NCBI RefSeq assembly: GCF_000007185.1
Contig: NC_003551.1
Span: forward strand, 1,050,001-1,082,000
Origin: Methanopyrus kandleri AV19
GTDB taxonomy: Archaea > JAADCQ01 > Methanopyri > Methanopyrales > Methanopyraceae
DNA: 32,000 nucleotides
Direction: 5' to 3'
A program made the translations under genes and the position numbers. How positions within the stretch are numbered: the stretch's first letter is position 1; each line of letters starts with the position of its first letter. Of the stretch, positions 1-8,908 are shown piece after piece. Below the pieces are notes generated by a model. The model saw only the letters and a program-made list of their open reading frames with translations, did no database searches and was not told where the DNA came from.

Positions 1-953
1 AGGCTCCGCCAGTACGCCTTCATGACGAACTCTCGGAGTGCGTACATTCCGTCCCAGTCCACGCGGTACAGGAGGTCGAGCTTCTCCTCCACGGAGTCCC
101 AGAACTTGATCGCCGCCAAGGTGCCGGCGAACAGTGGCATCATGCCGACGAACGACGGGGAGTCCAGTGGGAAGTACGGGAACCCGTACTTAGACCAAAC
201 TAGGAACTTATCGAAGAACATTACTAAGTAATACGCGATTGCGGACATCATCATGACCGAGTAGTCCGCGAACGCTGCAATAGCTACTTTCAGGCTTTTA
301 ATTAGTAGATTGCCGCGCGTGAATATGGAGATTTTAGAGATTCTATTCACACCTTGGATGACATCTATGAAAGATAGTAACATCATAGCTACCAGTATAG
401 TGGAGGCTACTAAATACGCTTGGTCCGCCTCTATGATCATTAGGGAGACTATAAATGAAATTACGAAAAGGGCCCACGGCATCGTTACTCGACGAGCGAT
501 TAATCCCGGACGAGCCCAAGAAACGGCGGAATGAGCGGCCGTAAACATGTATGCTAATGTGGCCATAGGGGTCGCTATAGTGGTTGCTAGTGATATTTTT
601 ATGTTGAACAGCTGAGTTAATTCATTGTAAAGAATAATCGAACATACGGTACAAAAAATTGTCGATAATATTATGATTCCAGGTATGGGTATGAACGTTT
701 CTAGAAATAAGGTGTCTAAAATTACGCGTGAAACAAGTACTTGAAAGGGGGCGGAAGTAAGGACAGCTGCGATTAGTGAGAGGCTCACTGGAGCTAGTTT
801 CGTCGATCCTAGGACTATGAGTGTGGACAGCACGAAGATAACTCCGAGTACAGGGGAAGCGCCTAAGACGATTTTTATGAGTACGACCGGGTTACTGGCG
901 GCTCTACCTACTGAGCGGATTATCGCCACTAATGTGTCAGATATTGCGCCCAA
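1..953 (-). CDS. Polytopic integral membrane protein, C-terminus cut by window edge; putative PelG-like exopolysaccharide-synthase membrane component
   Basis: Absent from the ORF track only because it has no stop in-window. Hand check: + strand triplets starting at multiples of 3 contain no TTA/CTA/TCA from 953 down to 3, so the minus frame is open for ~317 codons. Translation from TTG 953-951: MGAISDTLVAIIRSVGRAASNPVVLIKIVLGASPVLGVIFVLSTLIVLGSTKLAPVSLSLIAAVLTSAPF... It ends at the edge with ...FPLDSPSFVGMMPLFAGTLAAIKFWDSVEEKLDLLYRVDWDGMYALREFVMKAYWRS and has many ~20-aa hydrophobic segments. A GGGGTGA SD lies 5 nt upstream of the TTG, which sits 1 nt after the stop of the upstream PelF-like gene. 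The PelG label rests on gene order and topology only. Confidence 0.6.
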   Translation of the reverse strand, partial: MGAISDTLVAIIRSVGRAASNPVVLIKIVLGASPVLGVIFVLSTLIVLGSTKLAPVSLSLIAAVLTSAPFQVLVSRVILDTLFLETFIPIPGIIILSTIFCTVCSIILYNELTQLFNIKISLATTIATPMATLAYMFTAAHSAVSWARPGLIARRVTMPWALFVISFIVSLMIIEADQAYLVASTILVAMMLLSFIDVIQGVNRISKISIFTRGNLLIKSLKVAIAAFADYSVMMMSAIAYYLVMFFDKFLVWSKYGFPYFPLDSPSFVGMMPLFAGTLAAIKFWDSVEEKLDLLYRVDWDGMYALREFVMKAYWRS

Positions 954-954
954 T

Positions 955-2430
955 TCAGTCACCCCTGGCGTATTTACAGTACTCCCGGAAGTAGTCATGA
1001 CACATGCGCATTACATCGTACTGTTTGGCGCGTTTGGTGGCATGATGTGCCATCTCGAACATTAACTCGGGATCGTAGAGTAGGCGTACCAGGTGCCTGG
1101 CGGCTTCGTCCGCGTCCTCGGATCGGAAGGTGCGACCGAAGTTCCTGTCGACTATGTACGGCACTGCGCCGACCTCGGAGGCTACTACCGGGCATCCACA
1201 GCTCATCGCCTCGAGGAGTGCCATTGGCAGTCCTTCCGAGCGGCTCGGTAGGAGGAAGATGTGGAACCTACGAAGCCACTTGACTACCTCGTCTGGAGTG
1301 CAGGGACCGTGGAACCTCACGATGTCTTCCAGGCCGTACTCCTTCACGAGTTTCCGGCACTCCTCGTAGTACGCCTCGTCTTCCACTGGGCCTACCACGT
1401 GGAACACGACATTGCCTATGTGCTCGACGGTGCGGGCCGCGATCTCGATAAGTACGTCGATACCCTTGACGCGTTCGATCCTCGTGATCGTACCGACCTC
1501 GAGCACTTCCGGCTCGTTGTACTTCCTCTCCAGGTCGCCGGGAGAGTACTTCCAGGTCTCTATTCCCGAGTAAACGACTTTGATTTTATCCTCAGGAGCT
1601 CCCTGCTCCAGGGCCAGCTCCGCGTGGTAGTCCGAGATTTCTATTATCTCCTCGCACTGCTCGTACGACGTGAGCATCATCGAGCGGAAGCACTCCTTGA
1701 AAAGCTCGCGTGTCGTCCTCCCGTACCCCTCCAGTCGCGTGTCGAGCTCCCTAAGCAGTATCCCGTGCTCGGTGATGATAAAGGGGACATTCCGTACCGC
1801 CTTCGCGACCGAGCACAGGAACCCGCATACTCCCGAGTTCTGGGCGTGCGCGACGTCACAGTTCGGTAGTCGTCTAGCGCCGGCGGCCGCCCCTAGCACG
1901 AAGGATGCTATGTTCACGGCTACCCAGAACACGTCGCTGAACGGGTTATTCTCGCACTTGTCCTCGTACTGGGAGGCTAGGTAGTGAACGTATCGTGCGA
2001 GCTCGTACATCGTGGAGCTGGCGAGTACGCTCGTGGGCGACTTGGAAACCTTCCACAGCTCCTTCAGCATTGGCTCCGAAAGTGGTTCACCTTCCACCAT
2101 CCTCTCGAAGGTGGCCCGGAGCGTTTTCGCTGCGGTCGACCACCTGAGGCGGTGTGTGGGAGTTATCCTGTCGAGCCACCGGCGCAGTTTGTTCCCCTTC
2201 GGGACGATCTCCTGAATTACAACATCCCGGACGTTTGCCGGAATTTCCACGACTGGTTCGGTTCTTTCCGGCCCCGTCATGCATAACACGTTGAACACGA
2301 CATCCGGTGAATACTTGATGAGGCGCTGGACCCAGGTGGTGACCCCACCTAAAGCTACGGGATAGGTAGCCTCGGTTACTACGGTGACAGTGGGTCGTTT
2401 GTACATCCCGCTTCCCCGAAATTCCACCAT
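955..2430 (-). CDS. GT4-family glycosyltransferase with PelF-like (DUF3492-type) N-terminal domain
   Basis: 491-aa ORF. C-terminal GT-B/GT4 signature SEGLPMALLEAMSCGCPVVASEVGAVPYIV and ITEHGI motif. The N-terminus TVTVVTEATYPVALGGVTTWVQRLIKYSPDVVFNVL...IPANV matches my recollection of the PelF N-domain pattern (LLEGTYPyv.GGVSSWv.qLI..lP...F.vl...IPANV). The GT4 call is solid; the PelF subfamily is from memory. Confidence 0.85.
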   Translation of the reverse strand: MVEFRGSGMYKRPTVTVVTEATYPVALGGVTTWVQRLIKYSPDVVFNVLCMTGPERTEPVVEIPANVRDVVIQEIVPKGNKLRRWLDRITPTHRLRWSTAAKTLRATFERMVEGEPLSEPMLKELWKVSKSPTSVLASSTMYELARYVHYLASQYEDKCENNPFSDVFWVAVNIASFVLGAAAGARRLPNCDVAHAQNSGVCGFLCSVAKAVRNVPFIITEHGILLRELDTRLEGYGRTTRELFKECFRSMMLTSYEQCEEIIEISDYHAELALEQGAPEDKIKVVYSGIETWKYSPGDLERKYNEPEVLEVGTITRIERVKGIDVLIEIAARTVEHIGNVVFHVVGPVEDEAYYEECRKLVKEYGLEDIVRFHGPCTPDEVVKWLRRFHIFLLPSRSEGLPMALLEAMSCGCPVVASEVGAVPYIVDRNFGRTFRSEDADEAARHLVRLLYDPELMFEMAHHATKRAKQYDVMRMCHDYFREYCKYARGD

Positions 2431-2588
2431 AGAGTGGTCGGCCTGGAGCTGGGTCCACGCTTCCTTCCTTTCGGTTTCTTTAGGTAATAACCCCAGTGAT
2501 AGGAGTCACCCCCGTCCGGTGTAGCCCCATCGCCCGGCGAGGAAACGGTATCTAGTACTTAATTCTTTGACTGGATGAAGGCATGTAG

Positions 2589-4142
2589 TTATCTGGTTTC
2601 GATCACTGTTGTGTCGGGTGGAACGTCCTCGGGTCGGGCGATCACTCGACACGGTCGGATCTCATCCCCCAAGTCGACCGGCCAATGGAATCCCGGGAGC
2701 ACGTCTTCGGGAACATCCACCATCTCGGCTTTCGTTCCCTCCTCGGCGTGGATCGGCGGTACCCGGGAGCTCACACAAAGTTCGGCACCCAACTGAGATA
2801 GGGTCAAGAGACCCGAGGTCGGGGGGACTGAAAAGGCCCTCTCCCCGTCGATGAGTACGCGCTGTCCGTCGAATCGGTAGTCCACGTTCTCCAACACGTC
2901 GACACCGAATTGAAACCTCGAAACGGCTCGGGGTACGTGCTCACGGAGATCCCCGGGCTCACCCTTCGTGAGATCCTCTAGGGTCCGGCGGAGCTCCTCG
3001 AGCGCCCCCCTGGAGGCGGGGTTCCCATCGGGGCGGCACGTGTAAACGACATCGTATCCTCTTTCTTCCAGCTCCTTTCCGACTTTCCGGTAACCGTCCG
3101 CGGCGTGGCACACTATCGGGAGGTCTCCCACTATCTTCTCAATAAGCGCCGCCGAGCGCTCGATCTCCTCTCGACTCCATTCCCCGGTGACTCGAACGTC
3201 GTAGTGGGCGGCGGGAAACGTCCTCTCCAGCGCCCTCGGCACGGCACCGAGTGGGCTGGTGATCATGATCTCATCCACGGGGAAATTCCACGTTATTCGC
3301 ATGATACGTCGGTGCGTGGGCGATCGTGAGTAGGGTTTCCGGGCGGAGCACGGGAGCAGGACGACCGCTTCCACCCAATCCGGGGGTTCGTACCGACGAA
3401 CGCGACGGAGCCACTCGGTGACCTCCGGACGGTCGAACGATAGGTCGGTAGCGCAGGCGATCTGGGTGTTCCGGTTCAGGTTCACGTATCGGGCGACGGC
3501 ACGTTCCCGGTCGCAGACCCGTAGGACTTCGGCGATCCTGGGGTGCCTCGCGGCCACGGACTCGACGAGTTCCCTCAAAGTGCCCTCACGGATCGCTTCG
3601 CGGAGCCTCAGCAGGCAGAACTGTAGCTGAGTCCAGTTCTCCCTGAGCAGCTCTTCGCGGTCCTCCGTCTCCACGGTCTCGGTCGAGAAGTCGTCCAACA
3701 GCAGTTGATCCTCCAGCGTCAGACGTAGACACAGTGCGGCGTCGAAGAGGTCGAACCCGAGGTAAAACAGCAGGGGGATCCATTCGGGATCTCGCACCGT
3801 CACGGCACGGACCGAGCCACTCCGACGTATCTTGCTCACTACCTCCGCGAACTCCCGAGCGTCCGGGATCGACTCGAGCCGGTACACCGTGATCGATCCG
3901 TCCGAAAGGGCTTCGGCCGGGTCCGTCCACGGGGACGGCAGGTCGTCCGGCGTGAGTCGTACGGAGTACGGCCGTGCCAGTTCCTCGAGCTCCTTCACGA
4001 GTTCTCGCACTTCGGGGACGTTCTCTACGGCGACGGACAGTCGTTCGGGGATGAGGAAGGGAGCCGGGGTTTCTACGCCCTCCACCTCGAGGACGCGCGC
4101 GCAATCACACCGAAGGACCCGGACTTTATCCCGCACCGACAC
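2589..4142 (-). CDS. arcS: Archaeosine synthase ArcS (tRNA preQ0-modifying enzyme, TGT-like with C-terminal PUA-like domain)
   Basis: 517-aa ORF with the diagnostic ArcS motif PC-x3-KPY-x2-S-x2-H, present as LLPCSARKPYSRSPTHRRI. The GTG start at 4142 overlaps the purB 3' end by 17 nt. Confidence 0.75.
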   Translation of the reverse strand: MSVRDKVRVLRCDCARVLEVEGVETPAPFLIPERLSVAVENVPEVRELVKELEELARPYSVRLTPDDLPSPWTDPAEALSDGSITVYRLESIPDAREFAEVVSKIRRSGSVRAVTVRDPEWIPLLFYLGFDLFDAALCLRLTLEDQLLLDDFSTETVETEDREELLRENWTQLQFCLLRLREAIREGTLRELVESVAARHPRIAEVLRVCDRERAVARYVNLNRNTQIACATDLSFDRPEVTEWLRRVRRYEPPDWVEAVVLLPCSARKPYSRSPTHRRIMRITWNFPVDEIMITSPLGAVPRALERTFPAAHYDVRVTGEWSREEIERSAALIEKIVGDLPIVCHAADGYRKVGKELEERGYDVVYTCRPDGNPASRGALEELRRTLEDLTKGEPGDLREHVPRAVSRFQFGVDVLENVDYRFDGQRVLIDGERAFSVPPTSGLLTLSQLGAELCVSSRVPPIHAEEGTKAEMVDVPEDVLPGFHWPVDLGDEIRPCRVIARPEDVPPDTTVIETR

Positions 4143-5580
4143 CCAACACCTCCTTCATCTCGCGATCGATCTCCTCCAGGTCGCGTCGGGTCTTCTCGGC
4201 GGCCTCACGCGCCAGGTCGGGAGCCACGCCCAAGTACTTCTCGGGGTCCAACACCTCATCTAACTCTTCTTCTCCGAACAGCTCACGGACGCGCTCTTCC
4301 TCCTTAACTACTTCCGCGAAGTCACGTCCTTCCTCCCAAGCCCTCATCGCGAGCCGTCTCACGAGCTCGTGCGCCTCCTGTCGCCCTATTCCTCGCTTGA
4401 CCAGTTCGACCATCAGTGCCTCCGCCATATTAAGCCCCTTCGTCAGCCGCAGGTTCTCCCGTATGTTCTCCTCGTAAACGCGTAATCCCTCCAAGTTGTG
4501 GATCGTCAGCCGCAGCATTTCGTCCAGCAGCAGGAACTGTTCGGGGAGGATCACCCGCTCGCTCGCGGAGTTCGTGAGGTCCCGCTCGTGTTCGAGCGGC
4601 ACGTTCTCGAGCGCTATCTGCACGTTTGACCGCAGTACCCTCGCCAGGCTACACACCCGCTCGGAACGGATCGGATTCCGCTTGTGTGGCATCGTCGAGG
4701 ATCCGACCTGCTTCTCGGGGTCGAACGGTTCCTCGACCTCCCGGATCTCCGTCCGCTGGAGGTTCCTGATCTCGCGGCCGATCTTATCCAGCGTCGAGCC
4801 GATCAGCGCGAGCAGTGCGATCAACTCCGCGTAGCGGTCCCGCTGAATGACCTGGTTGGACACGGTCACCGGCCTGAGGTTCAGCAGTTCCATCACCCGA
4901 CGCTGCACCTCAGGACCCTTCTCGCCCAGCGCCGCCATCGTTCCGACGGCACCGGACAGCTGCCCCACCAGTACCCGGTTCGCGCACTCCCGGAGTCGCT
5001 TCAGGTGCCTCACGACCTCGCGTGCCCAGATCGCGAACTTCATACCGAGCGTCGTGGGAACCGCGTGCTGACCGTGCGTGCGACCCACCATCGGGAGGTC
5101 GGCGTACTCCTCGGCCTTCTCCGCCAGCACTTCCGCTAGACGGTGCAGCCTGCGGTAGATTATCGACAGTGCTTCCCGCAGTACCAACGCGTGCGCGGTG
5201 TCTATCACGTCGTTGCTGGTAGCGCCCAGGTGCACGTAGTCCCCGCCAACCTCGCACCGCTCCGATAGCGCCTTCACCAGGGCCATCACGTCGTGTTTGA
5301 TCTCCGCCTCGATCTCCTTGACGCGTTCCACGAACCGTCGTAGCTCTTCCTCGTCGCCGGTGATCTCCTCGACGACGCGTTCCACCTCGTCCGCGGCCTC
5401 CTCCGGTACGAAGTCGAACACCTCGGAGAGCGCCCGTACCAGGGCCGCCTCAACCTCGAGCATCTTCGCCACTTTGTTCTCTTCCGAGAACACCCGGCGG
5501 AGCTCGTCCGATCCGTACCGTGACTCGATCGGATGAACGGGCAACTCAGAGCCCCCTCCGGTCGGGACGGCTCTCCGCAT
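4126..5580 (-). CDS. purB: Adenylosuccinate lyase
   Basis: 484-aa ORF with the fumarate-lyase superfamily signature GSSTMPHKRNP. N-terminal HPIESRYGSDELRRVF is typical of PurB. The true start may be a few codons downstream of 5580. Confidence 0.9.
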   Translation of the reverse strand: MRRAVPTGGGSELPVHPIESRYGSDELRRVFSEENKVAKMLEVEAALVRALSEVFDFVPEEAADEVERVVEEITGDEEELRRFVERVKEIEAEIKHDVMALVKALSERCEVGGDYVHLGATSNDVIDTAHALVLREALSIIYRRLHRLAEVLAEKAEEYADLPMVGRTHGQHAVPTTLGMKFAIWAREVVRHLKRLRECANRVLVGQLSGAVGTMAALGEKGPEVQRRVMELLNLRPVTVSNQVIQRDRYAELIALLALIGSTLDKIGREIRNLQRTEIREVEEPFDPEKQVGSSTMPHKRNPIRSERVCSLARVLRSNVQIALENVPLEHERDLTNSASERVILPEQFLLLDEMLRLTIHNLEGLRVYEENIRENLRLTKGLNMAEALMVELVKRGIGRQEAHELVRRLAMRAWEEGRDFAEVVKEEERVRELFGEEELDEVLDPEKYLGVAPDLAREAAEKTRRDLEEIDREMKEVLGVGAG

Positions 5581-5633
5581 CCCTCGTGGTCGACGGCAAC
5601 CTACCCTTTCGTCATCGGGGGTAAGTTATCCCT

Positions 5634-6806
5634 TCACCGGCGCACCGAGACCTTCTGGGCGTGCACCCTACGGAAACCCAAAGATCTGGCGTACTCTTCC
5701 AGCTCGACCATGTCCTCGTACTTGGGGAGTGGCAGGTCTCTACGCCGAAACTCCGGTCGATAGTCCAGGTAACACACCTGGACGTCCTCTCCCAGGTGCT
5801 CGTACAGCCAATCCGTCAGCGCGAAGACCTCCTCCTTGTCGACCAGCTCGGGGTTGTACGGTATCCCGACACCCACGAAGACTTCCTCCAGGTATTCGTC
5901 CGCCAGGTACTCCAGGATCCGTAGCACCCCATCTACGTACTCGGCCGCCCCCTTCACGTCTATTCCGGCCACCTCGGCGAACGTCTCGGGGCGGAACCCC
6001 TTCACGTCGATCCCTATATCCGTCATGCCCGCCTCGACCAGCTCGTCAACGTAGTCGGGGGAGAGGACCGTACCGTTCGTGTCGACGTGCACTCGGAGGT
6101 CGGGTCCGCCGTACTCACGGCACTTCCTGACGAATTCCACGAGGAACTCGCGGTTCAGCGTCGGCTCCCCACCGGAGATCGCGACGCGGTTCACGCCGTA
6201 CTCTCGGGCCGTCCCGACCAGCAGTCGGGCCGCCTCCTCCGGCCGCATCCGCGCGCCCATCGCGGCCCCGAAGGCGATCGAGTGGTTCTGACATTGAGGG
6301 CACCTGAGGTTACAACCGTGCGCGAAGCACGCCGCCTCGACGTAGCCCGGCTTGTCCTTCAGCTCGACCGGGGTCCCCACACCGCCGACGGGATGCGGCT
6401 GGAAACCGCTGACGACCCGGATCTTTCCGTCGACGTCCTCCGTCTCGACCTCGTCACCCTCGGTGAGCTTGGAGTTGCAGGCCGGAACCACCTCGCCGTT
6501 GAGCCGGACGGCGCACGCGTAGCAACCTCCCACGCCGCACGGGGCGTCGACGTCGTGTCCTATCTCCCGGAGGGCCCCTTCCACCCACCGGGATTCGACC
6601 TCGACTTCTTCCCCGTCCACCCGTACCGTGATCGGTCCTTCCTCGACCTCGACTAACCTGCGGGCGCCGTACGGGCAGGCCGGGACGCACGCGCCGCATC
6701 CGACGCAGTCCTCACGGTTCCACAGGGGATCACCGACGGGACAGTCCACCACCTGGGAGCAATAGCCGCAGTGCCTGCATCCGACCAGTCGGACTTTCCG
6801 GACCAA
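5634..6806 (-). CDS. Radical SAM enzyme (PflA/activase-like CX3CX2C core) fused to N-terminal 2x[4Fe-4S] ferredoxin and a 2Fe-2S-ferredoxin-like domain
   Basis: 390-aa ORF. Ferredoxin motifs CRHCGYCSQVVDCP and CVGCGACVPACP. A Fer2-like segment ITVRVDGEEVEV...APCGVGGCYACAVRLNGEVVPAC. Radical SAM motif GCNLRCPQCQN followed by SGGEPT. Confidence 0.8.
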   Translation of the reverse strand: MVRKVRLVGCRHCGYCSQVVDCPVGDPLWNREDCVGCGACVPACPYGARRLVEVEEGPITVRVDGEEVEVESRWVEGALREIGHDVDAPCGVGGCYACAVRLNGEVVPACNSKLTEGDEVETEDVDGKIRVVSGFQPHPVGGVGTPVELKDKPGYVEAACFAHGCNLRCPQCQNHSIAFGAAMGARMRPEEAARLLVGTAREYGVNRVAISGGEPTLNREFLVEFVRKCREYGGPDLRVHVDTNGTVLSPDYVDELVEAGMTDIGIDVKGFRPETFAEVAGIDVKGAAEYVDGVLRILEYLADEYLEEVFVGVGIPYNPELVDKEEVFALTDWLYEHLGEDVQVCYLDYRPEFRRRDLPLPKYEDMVELEEYARSLGFRRVHAQKVSVRR

Positions 6807-6849
6807 TCCACGCCCCTGAATGATGAGGGGGCGTAGGGGAAGAAGTTCG

Positions 6850-7178
<329 letters not shown>

Positions 7179-7185
<7 letters not shown>

Positions 7186-7493
7186 GCAGCCCACGCTTCG
7201 GCCGAGAACAGCCCCGACAACCAACCCCCGAGTCCCTTCGCGTACTCGGGGAACGCGATCGTGAAATCCAGTAGCATGAACGCGACGACTGTGATTCTCA
7301 CATCTACCAGGCACTCCATGAAAAACCGAGGCTGACTTGATTCTAAGAACATGAAACCGACCTGCATCATTACAACGAGTGCCATCGCCCGAATCAGGAA
7401 AAAGGATCGCACCCAGTCCCCGAGACACACCACATCGCTAGTGCCTAATATAGATCGCCGACGTCTGCCGACAATAATTTCCTCAACTTTCAT
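7179..7493 (-). pseudogene. N-terminal ~100-aa fragment resembling an Amt ammonium transporter, fused by deletion to the P-II relic
   Basis: The first ~105 aa of track ORF 7011..7493 read ...LGDWVRSFFLIRAMALVVMMQVGFMFLESSQPRFFMECLVDVRITVVAFMLLDFTIAF... This resembles the Amt TM1-TM2 pattern (GDtaW.l.saaLV.lMq.GFa.lE.G..R.kN...i..KnlmDf..g.laf). The rest of a ~400-aa Amt is missing, and the ORF continues into out-of-frame P-II sequence. The universal amt-glnK gene order supports the reading. The match is weak and made by eye. Confidence 0.4.
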
Positions 7494-7571
7494 CCAGCAA
7501 GGCTTTCCGGAGAGGCTTGACTATTGGATTTATTCTGTGATCATTTACCGGAAAGATCTGCCTGAAAGAGG

Positions 7572-8501
7572 GTGCCGGCAATGGACGTCACAAAGCTCGT
7601 CATACATTATCTACTGGTGATCGCAAAGGTAGCACCTCTGGTATTCCTGGGGTTCTTTTTGGCTTCAGTAATGATAATCCTTCGAGTACATGAGAGGTTA
7701 GGAAAACTGACGGGTAGGAGGCTGGCGAGGTTAGGGTTGACCCCCGAAGCCGCGTCTGCGATGGCGGCCTCGCTCGTGAGTCCCAGCGCGGGGTATCCCA
7801 TACTGGCCGAGTTCCGGCGTGAGGGTCGCTTGGACGATCGTGACGTGGTGTTGCTGGTCGTCGCTACCACGTTCCCCACTACCGTGGGTGAGATGTTCCT
7901 GAAAGGGCCGTTCTTCGCGGCCCTGGCGATACTCGGTCCGAAACTGGGAACGGAGTACATGGGTGCGCTCTTCGTTACCGCGCTGCTCCAGACGCTCCCT
8001 GCCTTGGCACTGTACGGAGCGCGCTCCGGCAACGGGTCCGACATCCATCTGCCATCGACGTCCCACGACGACGTCCCGCCCCTCCGCGAGGCCGTGATCG
8101 AGGGGCTACGGCGTGCGGCCCGAAGGATGAAATACGTCCTACCTAGGATGGTCGGGATCGGATTACCCATGGTGATCCTGGCGGAAGTCCTTCGGTCGTG
8201 GGTCCACGGAGGCCTCGGTCCGGTGGTGGCGATCACCCTCGCTAACGTCAGCCACTACACGGTCGGGTACGCCACGGCGGCGGAGCTGGTTCACAGAGGA
8301 GTGCTCTCGGAGAGCGAGGCGGTGGCGGCCTTGCTCATCGCGGGATGCGCCAACGTCCTGATGATCTTCCTGAAGGCGTCGTTGGCGACGTACGTGTCGA
8401 TCTTCGGCTCCAGGCTGGGTCTTCGGGCGTGGGCCGCGAACTTGGGATCCAGCGTCGGAGCTCGGCTCCTGATGGCGTACGCGATACTGCGATGGTCGTA
8501 G
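7572..8501 (+). CDS. Polytopic membrane protein, possibly nucleoside-recognition (Gate) domain family
   Basis: 309-aa ORF with multiple hydrophobic helices. The likely true start is ATG 7581 (MDVTKLV...) with a GAGGGTG SD 7 nt upstream. The family guess comes from the overall pattern only. Confidence 0.7.
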   Translation: MPAMDVTKLVIHYLLVIAKVAPLVFLGFFLASVMIILRVHERLGKLTGRRLARLGLTPEAASAMAASLVSPSAGYPILAEFRREGRLDDRDVVLLVVATTFPTTVGEMFLKGPFFAALAILGPKLGTEYMGALFVTALLQTLPALALYGARSGNGSDIHLPSTSHDDVPPLREAVIEGLRRAARRMKYVLPRMVGIGLPMVILAEVLRSWVHGGLGPVVAITLANVSHYTVGYATAAELVHRGVLSESEAVAALLIAGCANVLMIFLKASLATYVSIFGSRLGLRAWAANLGSSVGARLLMAYAILRWS

Positions 8502-8513
8502 CTAGGGAGTCAA

Positions 8514-8521
8514 CTTTATAG
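8514..8521 (+). promoter_or_regulatory. Candidate archaeal TATA box (CTTTATAG) for albA
   Basis: The only AT-rich box in the 8502-8599 spacer, ~80 nt upstream of the GTG start. A GGGGTG SD sits 8 nt before the start. Confidence 0.4.
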
Positions 8522-8599
8522 GACCGAACGCGGCGGCTCGGTTCGCCTGAAAAGACACCGTTCGCGGCGATAGGGAAGAGATGCAAGTGGGGTGTTCCC

Positions 8600-8881
8600 G
8601 TGGCTGAGGAGAACGTAATCTACGTCGGCAACAAGCCCGTGACCAACTACGTCCTGGCGGTGATGACGCAGTTCAGTGAAGGCGCCGACGAAGTGAAACT
8701 CGTCGCCCGTGGCCGTGCGATCAGCCGTGCAGTCGACGTCGCGGAGTTCATCAGGAACAACGTCATGCCGGAGGTCGAAGTTAAGGACATCGAGATCGGC
8801 ACCGAGGAGATCGAAACCGAGGAAGGCGACACCATCAGTGTGTCTACGATCGCCATCACCCTGGCCAAGCCGTCCGAGTAA
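8600..8881 (+). CDS. albA: DNA/RNA-binding chromatin protein Alba
   Basis: 93 aa: [21 protein letters not shown]...[23 protein letters not shown]...VSTIAITL. This is the classic Alba/Sac10b pattern. Confidence 0.95.
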   Translation: MAEENVIYVGNKPVTNYVLAVMTQFSEGADEVKLVARGRAISRAVDVAEFIRNNVMPEVEVKDIEIGTEEIETEEGDTISVSTIAITLAKPSE

Positions 8882-8908
8882 AACGCCCCTCCCTCCCCTC
8901 CCCTGAGG

